A DNA stretch of 58,007 bases from an uncultured Acidobacteriaceae bacterium (lineage in GTDB: Bacteria; Acidobacteriota; Terriglobia; Terriglobales; Acidobacteriaceae): the NCBI GenBank assembly GCA_963810995.1, contig CAWERM010000092.1:1-58007 (forward strand), read 5' to 3'. The notes beneath the pieces were generated by a model. It ran no database searches. It was not told the origin of the DNA and saw only the letters and a list, made by a program, of their open reading frames with translations. The translations under genes and the position numbers were made by a program. Numbering within the stretch: position 1 is the stretch's first letter; every line of letters starts with the position of its first letter. This document shows positions 46,391 to 56,213 of the stretch, in pieces.

Positions 46391-49018
46391 TTACTTCGCC
46401 ACGACCGGCGACAGCGTGACCTCCTCTTCCTGCGACAGGCCGTCGGTAACCTGGATGGCTTTGGTGTCGAAGGAGACGGTTGCAGGCTTGAGGCCGTCGC
46501 GCGTGGCTGTGACCTTGATGGTTCCGGGTGTTAGAGTGGAGCGCATGGCGACGCGGTTGATGCCGTCCTCGGTGTTGAGATAGAGGTTGTAGGTGGTGTT
46601 GATCTTGCCTGAGTTATAGCCACCGAGCCAGACGGCAGGGGCTGGGGCAGGCGGGGCGGGGGAGTTCCAGGAGAAATCGACGCGGGCGTCATCGGTTGGG
46701 CAACGGTTGCCCTTGGCGTCGACCACTTCGAAGTCGATCAGGGCGATGTCCTCTCCGTCAGCGCGCATGCCGCCGGGTGCGGTATGCAGAGTGAGTTTGA
46801 TGGCGGCGGGTGGGCCGGCAGTGGTCAGTGTGTAATTTGCTACTGCAGCCGAGCCCTTGTAACCCACGGCCTTGATGGTGCCGGGTGCAAAGGCGATATT
46901 TGGGAAGGTATACAGATAGCCGCTGTCCGGCGTCGTCACCTTACCCTTGGAGGCTCCGTTCACAAACAGCTCCACGCTGTCCACGTTGTTGGCGACCACA
47001 TACATCGTCTTCACCGTGGGGCTGCCGTTGGGCTGCGTGAGTGGATACGACCAGTGTCCAATAATGTGGATGTCGGGCTTCTCGTTCTGCATCACCTGCT
47101 CCACGAAGTAGGCCTCCTTGGGCAGGCGTACTGCGTCCGTTTTGCCGCTGACGCGCGAGACTTCGCTGGAGTCCTGGCGTCCATCGGCGTCCTCGTCTGT
47201 GAAGTAGATGGAGGCGTAGGCTGCGTATTTGGCGTGGGCCGGATCGGTATTGGAGATACGGTTGGAGTAGAAGTTCCAGTATCGTTTTACCTGCGCCACG
47301 GCAAAGCTCTCTGAGGTGTACTGCCATGTGTCGTTCGGCCCCTTCTTGAATCCGTAGTATGGCGGCGAATAATCGTCCCAGAATCGGCGCGCGCCTTCAT
47401 CGCGGAAGTCTTCGGTCTCAATGAGGGGAACGCGATTGCGGACATTGTCGTTATAGGGACCGCCCAGCATGGTTCCGGACCATTCGGCCGCGGCCACCGC
47501 GTCCGGCTGATTGAGTGATCGGCAGCCCATGAAGCGTCCGCCGTTAGGGTCGTACTCTTTGCGTAGCGCCACCATCTCCTGCATCTGCGGACCGGTGACG
47601 CCGGTGTTGCCGGCCTCCCACATAAGGATGCTGGGGCTGTTGCGCAGGTAGATGATGCTGTCGCGCATGACCTCAACGCGCTGCTCCCATTGGCGGCCCT
47701 GGGCATCTTCTTCCTTGTCGGCGGCTGGCGCAATTTCAATGATGCCGAAGCGGTCGTAGGATTCCACGTCCTCCTTCTGCGGCGTCACGTGCATCCAGCG
47801 CATATAGTTGGCGTGGTCGTCGCGGATCATCTGCGCGGTGAAGTCATGCATCCACTCGGGATAGCCAACGCCGACGGCGGCCCACTCATCCGCCGACCGC
47901 TCGGCGAATCCCTTCAGGTAAACGAACTTGTCGTTGATGTAGACGCCGCCGGTGCCCGCGCCTCCCTTGAACTCCACCTTGCGGAAGCCGGTGGTGATCT
48001 TGGTGACGTCGACCACCTTTCCGTCGACGGTGAGCGTGGTGTAAACGTCGTACAGATATGGATCGTCCGGGCTCCAGAAGCGGACACCGGTCAACGGGCC
48101 ATTGACCGTCAGAACGGTCTTGGCGCCTGCCAGCATATCCACGCCCTTGCCTGTGTAGGTGGCTCGCACCACGCCGTCCTTGTCCACCACTACGGCCGAG
48201 AGGGTAACGTTGGTGCTGGGAACCTGCCGATTGGCGGTGGCGTTGTGGACCTGCGATTCGATGTTCACAGTGCAGCTATGGCCGGGAATGTTGTAGTCGG
48301 TGCAGTAGATGTATGTGCCGGTAGTGCCAAGCCCGTAGTACAGAGGCAGGGTCTGGTAGATATTGCCCGTTACATGCAGCCATATGCGACGGTTGAGGCC
48401 TCCAAAGTCGGGATTGAAGTCGTTGGCGTTCCATCGGAAGGCAACGCCCGTGGCGCGCTCCTTGTAGCTCAAATTTTGCGCAGCCGGTCCGCTCTGATAC
48501 TTCTGCGACTCACGGTTGTCGATGCGTACGGCGATCACGTTATCCTGGTCGCCAAAGTGTATGCCGGAGGTGATGTCGAGGCCGTATGCGGTGACTCCGT
48601 TCTCATACAATCCGAACGGCAAGCCATTCAGATAAATATCGCCGGCCTGCCGCATTCCCTCGAACTCGATCAGGACCCTGCTGGTCCCGAAGTCCGCGGC
48701 GGGCAGCTTGAAGTGCTTGCGGTACCAGACCACCCCGGTGTACTTGCCGTGATCGCCGAGGCTGTGGTCGATGATGCTACGGAAGGAGTCGACATCGTTG
48801 AAGGTATGCGGCGTGCTGACCGTCTGCCATTGCGAGTCGTCGAACGATGGCACCTCGGCCCCAGGAACGTCCTGGCGGATGAACTTCCAGTCGGCGTTGA
48901 AATTGTAGGTGACGCGCGGCGAGGTGGGCGGCACAAACTTCGCATCCGCCGACCAAAGCGGAAGAGTAGACGCGAGAAGGGCGATGGCGACGAGGGGCAG
49001 AATGGCTTTTGGCTTCAT
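46391..49018 (-). CDS. Secreted GH2-family glycoside hydrolase (beta-galactosidase-like)
   Basis: Signal peptide, FNADWKF, WYRKHF, EFEGMRQ, WSPDDPYLY, GFR, RNSPSILMWEAGN, D.VRLPK, C-terminal Ig-like domains. Confidence 0.85.
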   Translation of the reverse strand: MKPKAILPLVAIALLASTLPLWSADAKFVPPTSPRVTYNFNADWKFIRQDVPGAEVPSFDDSQWQTVSTPHTFNDVDSFRSIIDHSLGDHGKYTGVVWYRKHFKLPAADFGTSRVLIEFEGMRQAGDIYLNGLPFGLYENGVTAYGLDITSGIHFGDQDNVIAVRIDNRESQKYQSGPAAQNLSYKERATGVAFRWNANDFNPDFGGLNRRIWLHVTGNIYQTLPLYYGLGTTGTYIYCTDYNIPGHSCTVNIESQVHNATANRQVPSTNVTLSAVVVDKDGVVRATYTGKGVDMLAGAKTVLTVNGPLTGVRFWSPDDPYLYDVYTTLTVDGKVVDVTKITTGFRKVEFKGGAGTGGVYINDKFVYLKGFAERSADEWAAVGVGYPEWMHDFTAQMIRDDHANYMRWMHVTPQKEDVESYDRFGIIEIAPAADKEEDAQGRQWEQRVEVMRDSIIYLRNSPSILMWEAGNTGVTGPQMQEMVALRKEYDPNGGRFMGCRSLNQPDAVAAAEWSGTMLGGPYNDNVRNRVPLIETEDFRDEGARRFWDDYSPPYYGFKKGPNDTWQYTSESFAVAQVKRYWNFYSNRISNTDPAHAKYAAYASIYFTDEDADGRQDSSEVSRVSGKTDAVRLPKEAYFVEQVMQNEKPDIHIIGHWSYPLTQPNGSPTVKTMYVVANNVDSVELFVNGASKGKVTTPDSGYLYTFPNIAFAPGTIKAVGYKGSAAVANYTLTTAGPPAAIKLTLHTAPGGMRADGEDIALIDFEVVDAKGNRCPTDDARVDFSWNSPAPPAPAPAVWLGGYNSGKINTTYNLYLNTEDGINRVAMRSTLTPGTIKVTATRDGLKPATVSFDTKAIQVTDGLSQEEEVTLSPVVAK

Positions 49019-49183
49019 AGCGGGCAAGTTTATCTGGATTGGAGAATGGCTGGCAAACGTTGCGGAAATGGGTATGCGTGTCGGCGCGGTTGCCTGTTGA
49101 CGAGGCAGTCCTCTTCGCGGTGAGCGATCAATGGGATGCCTTGAGCGCCCACCACGGAGGGGACCATATGCGATGTGAACTCC

Positions 49184-50650
49184 TTATAGCGGGCCCAGGC
49201 CAGGGTCTCTGGGTGCAGGTGGCGGATTCGCCCCCGGCGTCGCTCCCGGCGCTCCTGCTGCACCTGGTCCGCCGGGCCGTGGCCCGCGTCCGCTGCCACT
49301 GGTAAATAGCTCGCCTAGATTAAGCGAGTCGGCTGTGTCCGGATGCGCCGGATCGAAGTCCTTGAAGCCGTCCACAATGTAGTTGGCAAGGTCCAGCTTG
49401 TTCTGCTTGATGCCTGTCGCGATGGCCTTGGCGAACTCGTAGCCGCCGTATGCGGTGGAGTGGGTGCCATCGGCCAGGATCTTGGGAGCGTCCGCCCCGG
49501 CCGATTCATAAAATGTGTCGCTTATGCTGTACAGATCGATAAACGGCACATGCTCTTCCTCGGCGACCTCGCGCATGGCCTGAGGATAACCTCCATGGCC
49601 GTGGGTGGGAGCGCCCGTACCGCGCGCGCCGCGGTCCATCGCCGTCACCAGCACGGGGGTTCCTCCGCGCAGGCGCGTCTCGGCAATATACACCTTCAGA
49701 TACGCCTTGTAGGTGGTCTCCGGCTCAACATAGGTCTGCGGCCAGCTTGCCTTGGAGTCGTTGTGGATGAACTGGATGAAGAGGTAATCGCCCTTCTTCA
49801 TCTGGCTAAGAATTTTGTCCAGGCGCAGTGCATTCATGAACGACTTCATCGTCTCGCCGGACTGTCCATTGTTGGCAACCGCGACGCCAGGCTTGAAGAA
49901 GACGGAGAGCATCTGTCCCCAACTGATACCGCTGCCGCCATCGCGGTCGGTAATGGTGGAGTCGCCGGCCAGAAAGACAGTGGGGGCAGTCGGCGCGGAG
50001 ACGATCTCAATGCTGCGCAACGCGGCGTGCGGACTGACCACCTCAACCGTCAACTTGTTGTCCCAATCGCGCGAACTGCTGGGATCAAACTGGTCCAGCG
50101 ACACCTCCTCGCGCCCAGTGGCATTGGTGGGCAGCTTCGGCAAATGCGGCGTGCGGACATTGGTGGTAAAGGTGCGCTCCACCACCTGCCCGGCGGGAAC
50201 CTGGACACGCATATCCATCAGCCGGCCCGATTCCGCCTTCAGCGTGGTGGTGGTCGCCACGCTGGAGTCGCCAAAAGTCACAATCACGTTGTAGTTGCCC
50301 TCGGCCACTTTGGCGGAGAAAAGGAACGGCTTTTCACTGGTGGTGGTATTGCCATGGTCGCCGATGGAGACCTGCGCACCTGGCTCGTAACCGTACCCCG
50401 GATCGTCGGCATACATCGCCGTCGGCGCAACACGCGTGGTGCCGGGCTTGGCTGGGCCGGCGCTGAAATCAAACTTCAGATCGATGGGTGCAGACAAAGG
50501 TTGCATCAGCGATGGAGTCCGTGGCACCGGCCGTGGTCCTGCCGGTGGGGCTGCGGGTGGCGCGGCCTGCTGTGCCGCTGCCATGAGCGTCAAGGACGAG
50601 TAGACCAGGGCGGTGGTGCAGACGAGAGAGATTCGGCGGAGTGTCTTCAT
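49184..50650 (-). CDS. Rhamnogalacturonan acetylesterase (CE12, SGNH) with N-terminal beta-sandwich
   Basis: FLAGDST, SWGQML, GDYLFIQFIHND, DGTH motifs; signal peptide. Confidence 0.85.
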   Translation of the reverse strand: MKTLRRISLVCTTALVYSSLTLMAAAQQAAPPAAPPAGPRPVPRTPSLMQPLSAPIDLKFDFSAGPAKPGTTRVAPTAMYADDPGYGYEPGAQVSIGDHGNTTTSEKPFLFSAKVAEGNYNVIVTFGDSSVATTTTLKAESGRLMDMRVQVPAGQVVERTFTTNVRTPHLPKLPTNATGREEVSLDQFDPSSSRDWDNKLTVEVVSPHAALRSIEIVSAPTAPTVFLAGDSTITDRDGGSGISWGQMLSVFFKPGVAVANNGQSGETMKSFMNALRLDKILSQMKKGDYLFIQFIHNDSKASWPQTYVEPETTYKAYLKVYIAETRLRGGTPVLVTAMDRGARGTGAPTHGHGGYPQAMREVAEEEHVPFIDLYSISDTFYESAGADAPKILADGTHSTAYGGYEFAKAIATGIKQNKLDLANYIVDGFKDFDPAHPDTADSLNLGELFTSGSGRGPRPGGPGAAGAPGATPGANPPPAPRDPGLGPL

Positions 50651-50838
50651 GGATAAATTTGCCTTTCGCATCAAACGCTGACAGGAGTTTTCGCACGACG
50701 GCGGGCTGGCTAAAGAACGCAGCGACAGTGTACATTTTCGACGCCATGCCCGGCCAATAAGTTTAGAGTAATTTCACGACCCGTTCGGGAAGGATGCCCC
50801 GCGAGACAGCGAATGCGGTACAGTCTTCAGGGAGACAC

Positions 50839-51756
50839 ATGACGGAACGGATACGCATCGGAATCGACCTGGGAGGCACCAAGATCGAAGGACTAGCTCT
50901 GGACGGGCATGGCTCGGAGATTGCCCGGCTGCGCATTGCAACACCGCAACACGACTACACGGCAACCGTGCAGGCTATTGTGGATGTGGTGCGAGAGTTG
51001 GAGCAGCGAGTCGGCGACCGCGAACAGGCCTCGGTCGGCGTTGGGATTCCGGGAACCGTTGTGCGCGCCACCGGATTGGTAAAGAATGCAAACTCGACCT
51101 GGCTCAATGGCCAGCCGTTGGAGCGCGATCTTTCGGCTGCTCTGGCCCGGCCCGTCCGCTGCGCTAACGACGCCAACTGCCTGGCCGTCTCCGAGGCCAC
51201 CGACGGTGCTGCAGCGGGTGCGGAGATGGTCTTCGCGGTGATTCTTGGTACAGGCTGCGGAGGCGGAATCGCCGCAAACGGGCAGGTGCATGTGGGACCG
51301 AACGGAGTCTCCGGAGAGTGGGGACACAACCCGATGCCATGGGCCACTCCCGACGAGCTGCCCGGCCCGCTCTGCTTCTGCGGCCAGCACGGATGCCTCG
51401 AGACCTGGATCTCCGGCACCGGGCTTGCGCACGACCATCAGCGAGTGACGGGCAAGCAGCTTACCGGACCGGAGATTGTTGCCGCATCAGAGGCCGGCGA
51501 CGCGGCGGCAGAGGCCAGCATCGTGCGGCTGGAAGATCGCATTGGGCGCGCGCTGGCTTCGGTGGTCAACCTGCTCGACCCCGACGTGATTGTGATCGGA
51601 GGCGGGCTATCCAAACTCGACCGGCTCTACCCGCACCTGCCCGTGTTGATTGCGCGCCATCTCTTCGGCGGCGGCGCGCTGGCGACTCCAGTGCTGAAAG
51701 CGAAGCACGGAGACGCCAGCGGAGTTCGTGGAGCAGCATGGCTCTGGCCCGCATAG
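50839..51756 (+). CDS. ROK family sugar kinase (fructokinase Mak-like)
   Basis: IGIDLGGTKIE, GLVKNANSTWLNG, NDANC, GTGCGGG, GEWGH, CFCG..GCLE, GDASGVRGAAWL. Confidence 0.92.
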   Translation: MTERIRIGIDLGGTKIEGLALDGHGSEIARLRIATPQHDYTATVQAIVDVVRELEQRVGDREQASVGVGIPGTVVRATGLVKNANSTWLNGQPLERDLSAALARPVRCANDANCLAVSEATDGAAAGAEMVFAVILGTGCGGGIAANGQVHVGPNGVSGEWGHNPMPWATPDELPGPLCFCGQHGCLETWISGTGLAHDHQRVTGKQLTGPEIVAASEAGDAAAEASIVRLEDRIGRALASVVNLLDPDVIVIGGGLSKLDRLYPHLPVLIARHLFGGGALATPVLKAKHGDASGVRGAAWLWPA

Positions 51757-51759
51757 AGA

Positions 51760-52626
51760 TTATGGCCTGCGTGCAAGGACAACCCGCGGGATCTGCTGTA
51801 GATCATCGACAAGGCGAACTTCGTTCCACCCCCTCAACAAAGACACCACCGCATCCTTCTGTCCGTATCCGATCTCCATGGCGAGCAGTCCATTGGGCAG
51901 CAGCGCGGCGCGCGCCTGTGGAATGAGCCTGCGATAGATGTCCAACCCGTCCTTACCGGCAAACAGCGCGGCAGCAGGTTCGTACTCGCGTACCTGGGGA
52001 TGGAGGCCCGCGCGATCCGAGATGGGGACGTAGGGCGGATTCGAGACGATCACGTCGTACGATACTTCGCCGTTCGTAAGCCCATCCAGCAGGTCAGATT
52101 GAACGCAGCGGATGCGGTCTGCGAGCGCGTGTCGCGCGGCGTTCGACACGGCGACTTCGAGCGCTGCGACGGAGAGATCTACGGCGGTAATTCGCGCATT
52201 GGGCAAGTGCTGGGCCAGTGCGATGGCGATGGCCCCCGATCCGGTTCCCACATCCAGAATGCGTATCGGTTGCCCAAAATCCCGCCCTGCCCTCTTCACC
52301 TCCACCAGCACAGCTTCGACGAGTTGCTCAGTCTCCGGCCGCGGAATCAGCACGGCGTTCGTAACCCGCAGCGCAAGCCCGTAGAACTCCTGCTCGCCGG
52401 TGATGTATTGGATCGGCTCGTTGGCCAACCTGCGCCGAATCATTCCCTCATACACCGTCTGTTGCTCTGGCGTTAGCGGACGCGCCGGATCGGCCAGCAT
52501 CGCCGCTGGTGAGATTCCCAGCGCATGGCGAAGCAAGAATGCAGCATCGCGGCCAGCGTCCGTGCGCAGGTCGGGGTATGCCTCGAGCTGTTGCGTCGCA
52601 CGCGTCAAAGCTTCGCGTAGCGTCAT
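51760..52626 (-). CDS. prmC: Release factor glutamine N5-methyltransferase
   Basis: EPIQYITG.QEFYG, VLIPRPETE, LDVGTGSGAIA, SNPPY, EP..ALF. Probable start ATG 52626. Confidence 0.95.
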   Translation of the reverse strand: MTLREALTRATQQLEAYPDLRTDAGRDAAFLLRHALGISPAAMLADPARPLTPEQQTVYEGMIRRRLANEPIQYITGEQEFYGLALRVTNAVLIPRPETEQLVEAVLVEVKRAGRDFGQPIRILDVGTGSGAIAIALAQHLPNARITAVDLSVAALEVAVSNAARHALADRIRCVQSDLLDGLTNGEVSYDVIVSNPPYVPISDRAGLHPQVREYEPAAALFAGKDGLDIYRRLIPQARAALLPNGLLAMEIGYGQKDAVVSLLRGWNEVRLVDDLQQIPRVVLARRP

Positions 52627-52660
52627 GCGTGTTCGATGGTTCCCGGTACGTTGCCGATCC

Positions 52661-53659
52661 TCACATGGATGGCCCGTGGAACGTCCCCGCCTGCGGAATA
52701 ATCTCGATGATGTTGCCATCGGGGTCTGTGACGGTGATAGTGTCGCCATCGGTAAATGCAACGCCCTTGGCCTTGAGCAACTCACCTGTCTTACGGATGT
52801 CCGGCGACGTCATCAGGATTTTGGATTTTGTGCCAAGGCTCGCCACGGGAACAATCTCCACCATCTCGCCGGAGTTGCCGGGGAGAACAAGAAAGTTGCG
52901 CCAGCCTTTATATTTGCTGTCGGGCGTGAAGCCCAGCTTGGTCAGATAGTAGTCGCGCGCCGCGGCGGGGTCCTGCACGGCCAGGGTGACTGCGATCATC
53001 TTGTCGGCAACGCGGTCTGCACTCAGGTGCTGCCCAAAGTCCAGCGTGTGCTTCGATCCCGGCATGTATTGCGTGTACTCGATGTTCTGCGGAGAGGTGG
53101 CCTGTTGCGGTCCCCGCATAGTGAACAGAAGATTTCCCGCTGCCGCCGTATTCACCGGGCTGGGCGTCAGCCCTTCCGCCACGTAAAAATCGTGAAGCGC
53201 ATGAAGATCGGCGCCCTCGAAGCAAAGATGCATGAAGGCGGATGTGCTCGGCGTCGGGGGCCGTGGGGGAGTTGGTGCGGCAGCCGGTGCTGTGCCTGGC
53301 GCAGCTGCTTGCGCGGCATCCGGCGCTGGTGTTCGTGGCGGAGCAGCCGGACCAACCGGGTACAACTCGATGTACTGCGTGTCGTTCAGCTTAAGGAAGG
53401 ACTGGGTGGTGACATCGCCGCGCGTCCATGCGAAGGCCTGCTGGTATCCCAGCTTGTTGTAAAAGGCAAGCGAGTCCGCGATGCTCTGCACACGGAGGGC
53501 GATGTGCGCGATGCCGTTCATCGGCGGCGTCTGGGTTGGAGCGACTGCGGTGGGCGTTGCTGGAGGCGTCGTCTGGGCAGCGGCACAGGTCGTGAGACCC
53601 GCAACAAGGGCAACAAGTGCGATGTGCTGGAGTGCGAATTTAAACTTCGGTTGGGTCAT
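52661..53659 (-). CDS. Secreted VOC (glyoxalase-like) family protein
   Basis: Signal peptide; AHIALRV..., YIEL, MHLCFE, DPDGNIIEI. Confidence 0.78.
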   Translation of the reverse strand: MTQPKFKFALQHIALVALVAGLTTCAAAQTTPPATPTAVAPTQTPPMNGIAHIALRVQSIADSLAFYNKLGYQQAFAWTRGDVTTQSFLKLNDTQYIELYPVGPAAPPRTPAPDAAQAAAPGTAPAAAPTPPRPPTPSTSAFMHLCFEGADLHALHDFYVAEGLTPSPVNTAAAGNLLFTMRGPQQATSPQNIEYTQYMPGSKHTLDFGQHLSADRVADKMIAVTLAVQDPAAARDYYLTKLGFTPDSKYKGWRNFLVLPGNSGEMVEIVPVASLGTKSKILMTSPDIRKTGELLKAKGVAFTDGDTITVTDPDGNIIEIIPQAGTFHGPSM

Positions 53660-53808
53660 CTTCCGGTCCTCTCGGTACTGGTTTGGCGGATTTTACCCGG
53701 CACGATGATTCTCTACGCCTGAAGCAGGATTGCCAAGTCGGACGATATGCGCCTGCCAGGCAGACCATTACCTGACGCAGCGGCGAGTGGCTGGTATGAT
53801 GAATCTGG

Positions 53809-54246
53809 ATGACAACGAAGGTACAGATGCCCGCAGAGGCGAATGTTAAGACAGGTAGTAAAGACGCAGCCTCATCGGGCCTTTCTCCGGCGTTGATTTT
53901 GCTGGCGGGCTGGCTAGTTCCGGGTGCGGGACACCTGCTTCTGGGCAAGTGGGTTCGCGCCGCCTTGCTGATGGCCTCCATCGTCGGCATGTTTGCCATC
54001 GGAATCGCGCTCGCGGGCAAGGTCTACACCCCCAACACAGGCGAACCGCTCGACATGCTTGGCTTCGCGGGCGACCTCGGCGCTGGTCTGCTGTATTTTC
54101 TGGCCCGCCTTCTCGGCTGGGGACAGGCGCCCGTGCTGGTGGCCGTTGCCGACTATGGGACTAAGTTCATTGTAGTGGCCGGATTGTTGAACATCGTCGC
54201 AGCCGTGGATGCACACTCTCTGGCCAGTGGGAGGAAGCAGGCGTGA
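53809..54246 (+). CDS. DUF6677-like membrane protein
   Basis: WLVPGAGH and YGTKF.VVAGLLN..A..DA motifs. Confidence 0.7.
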   Translation: MTTKVQMPAEANVKTGSKDAASSGLSPALILLAGWLVPGAGHLLLGKWVRAALLMASIVGMFAIGIALAGKVYTPNTGEPLDMLGFAGDLGAGLLYFLARLLGWGQAPVLVAVADYGTKFIVVAGLLNIVAAVDAHSLASGRKQA

Positions 54247-54419
54247 ATCTTTCTCACTTCAGCGCTGTGCTGCTGTTTTCCCTCTTCACCTCCATTGTCT
54301 TCGGCATCACACAGCGTGCGGAGCCGAAGAAAATGATGCGCTTCGGAGCGTTTTGCTTTGTGCTGTTCGTCGCAGGCACGGTGGCGGCGAGCTGGGTCAT
54401 GTGGTTGATCAAGCCTTAA
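54243..54419 (+). CDS. Small two-TM protein (58 aa), below the ORF-track cutoff
   Basis: GTGA overlap with the upstream stop. Translation MNLSHFSAVLLFSLFTSIVFGITQRAEPKKMMRFGAFCFVLFVAGTVAASWVMWLIKP*. Confidence 0.7.
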   Translation: MNLSHFSAVLLFSLFTSIVFGITQRAEPKKMMRFGAFCFVLFVAGTVAASWVMWLIKP

Positions 54420-54422
54420 GAC

Positions 54423-56198
54423 TTACCAGAGCGCATAGTCGCCGCGCAGGATGACCCACAGTGCGAGCAAGAGGTTGGCCGTTGCATGCGCGGCCACGGC
54501 ATCGCCCAATCTGCCGCGCAGCTTGGCAACCACAGCGAAGACCACCCCCGCAAGCACCCCGGCCAACCACATTCTGCCATGCAGGATGCCGAATGCCAGG
54601 GAACTGGCAACCACCGCAAAGAGACTCAAGCTTGCGAAGGGAATGCTCTCCACATTGGTGGACATAAACCGGCGAGCGATATATCCGCGAAAGGCGAGTT
54701 CTTCGGCAAGCGGAACCGTGACCACGGCAGCCAGTGCCCTCAGCGCGATCCATAGGGCCCGCTGACCGCTGCTAAGCCGAGCCAGACCCTCCGCTACACT
54801 GGTCAGGATCACTCCACTGCCGGCTGCATCCCTGCCGCTCAAATCCTGGCCGATCCAGTGGTCGATCGCAATCCAGAACGCAAACACCGCAACACCGGCT
54901 GTCGGCCCCATCCAGCCAAATCGCCAATCCATCTGCAGGTACCGGCGGCGGTAGACAAAAAATACGGCCAAAGCGGCAAGCAGACGAAGCGGGTAGAGCC
55001 ATTCAAATCCATCCGAGGCCGCCTGGGCCAGCAGTCCCGCGGCCAGAATTGCAAGCCAAGGCATCATATAGACTGCGGCAACATTGACGCCGGCGCTTCC
55101 CGCCTGCGGTATATGGGCAGGCTGGTTCGCAGCGGCGGGGGGAGAGCGTCGGAACCAAGAGACATTGTTGACCGTGATGAGGAAGGCCAGCCCGACGCAA
55201 CTGAATAGAATCCATCCTGCCTGAGTGTGGAAGCCTCCCAGCGCCACCGCCGTATATCCCGAATTACCAATTGCGATCAGCGTAGCAATTCGCACCATGT
55301 TCAGAAGCCAACTGAGATACAACGCGATGGGCACCAACAGTAACGCCCGGCGAAGCCGCAACTCGTTGCGCGTGAATAGCAGCCAACCCACCGTCAGGCT
55401 CAACATCAGGGCCAATCCTTCGACCCCTGAACATTGGTCTGCAACAACTACGGAAAAAATGTTGGTGCCCACCATAAAATGCCCGGGGTCACGGAATACG
55501 TTGGGGTAGAAGAGACCCAGCAACAAAGTCACGCCGTGGAAGGTTGCCTCCTGCATCCGATGTCCCAGCCATGAGTGCGGACGGTCCCAGGCGATTATCA
55601 GCAGGCTGCGCACAGACATCATCAGCAAGTCGCATATCGCCGCAAGGCCCCACGCGTTGCCCAGGCTACGTAACAGAAGCAACGGCTTCGGCAGATGAAT
55701 CAGGGCCCCACCCAGCGTGACGGGTAATATCGCCAGCAGCCCATACCACGCAAACATTCCCGCATGTTCCTGTGCTGTACCCGCCATCGCGGTGTTGGTA
55801 AGAAAAATATCGATCCACACAAACAGGCCCATCGCGCATACATGCAGCCCAGCCCAGCCCTTGTGGACCGGAGACATCTTCCATTGCAAGGCCTTCAGTT
55901 TTTCTCGTCCGAAAAATAGCAGCGCCACACAGTAGAAAATTATCGAGACGGTAACGGTGCGCGCCTGAAACCAGCGAAAAGGTAGCGGATTGAGGGTGAC
56001 GGGCTGGCCCAAGTCGGTGAATCCGCTATACCCCTGTAACCATGCATGGGGCAACGCAGTTACCAGAATGCATTCCATCATTAGAATGCACGCCGTCCAC
56101 CAACAGCGTGCATAGATAGAGTTGCCGAGGATTCTCGACCACCCGCCCCTCGCGATGATGGAATCCTTATCCGGCAAAAATTTGATGTTCCTGGACAA
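54423..56198 (-). CDS. xrtE: Exosortase E / CAAX-protease fusion (VPEID-CTERM system)
   Basis: Exosortase triad CSGVEG, NMVRI, GFHTQAG, followed by CPBP motifs EELAFRG, FGILH, HATAN. Directly downstream of a PEID-CTERM gene. Confidence 0.88.
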   Translation of the reverse strand: MSRNIKFLPDKDSIIARGGWSRILGNSIYARCWWTACILMMECILVTALPHAWLQGYSGFTDLGQPVTLNPLPFRWFQARTVTVSIIFYCVALLFFGREKLKALQWKMSPVHKGWAGLHVCAMGLFVWIDIFLTNTAMAGTAQEHAGMFAWYGLLAILPVTLGGALIHLPKPLLLLRSLGNAWGLAAICDLLMMSVRSLLIIAWDRPHSWLGHRMQEATFHGVTLLLGLFYPNVFRDPGHFMVGTNIFSVVVADQCSGVEGLALMLSLTVGWLLFTRNELRLRRALLLVPIALYLSWLLNMVRIATLIAIGNSGYTAVALGGFHTQAGWILFSCVGLAFLITVNNVSWFRRSPPAAANQPAHIPQAGSAGVNVAAVYMMPWLAILAAGLLAQAASDGFEWLYPLRLLAALAVFFVYRRRYLQMDWRFGWMGPTAGVAVFAFWIAIDHWIGQDLSGRDAAGSGVILTSVAEGLARLSSGQRALWIALRALAAVVTVPLAEELAFRGYIARRFMSTNVESIPFASLSLFAVVASSLAFGILHGRMWLAGVLAGVVFAVVAKLRGRLGDAVAAHATANLLLALWVILRGDYALW

Positions 56199-56213
56199 AA
56201 CAGTGGATTCTGA

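Noticed and set aside
52400-53722. Long antisense or alternate-frame ORFs (e.g. 52400..53722, 32332..33888, 47690..49123, 49343..50656)
   Set aside because: Shadow ORFs typical of high-GC DNA, lying opposite well-supported genes.
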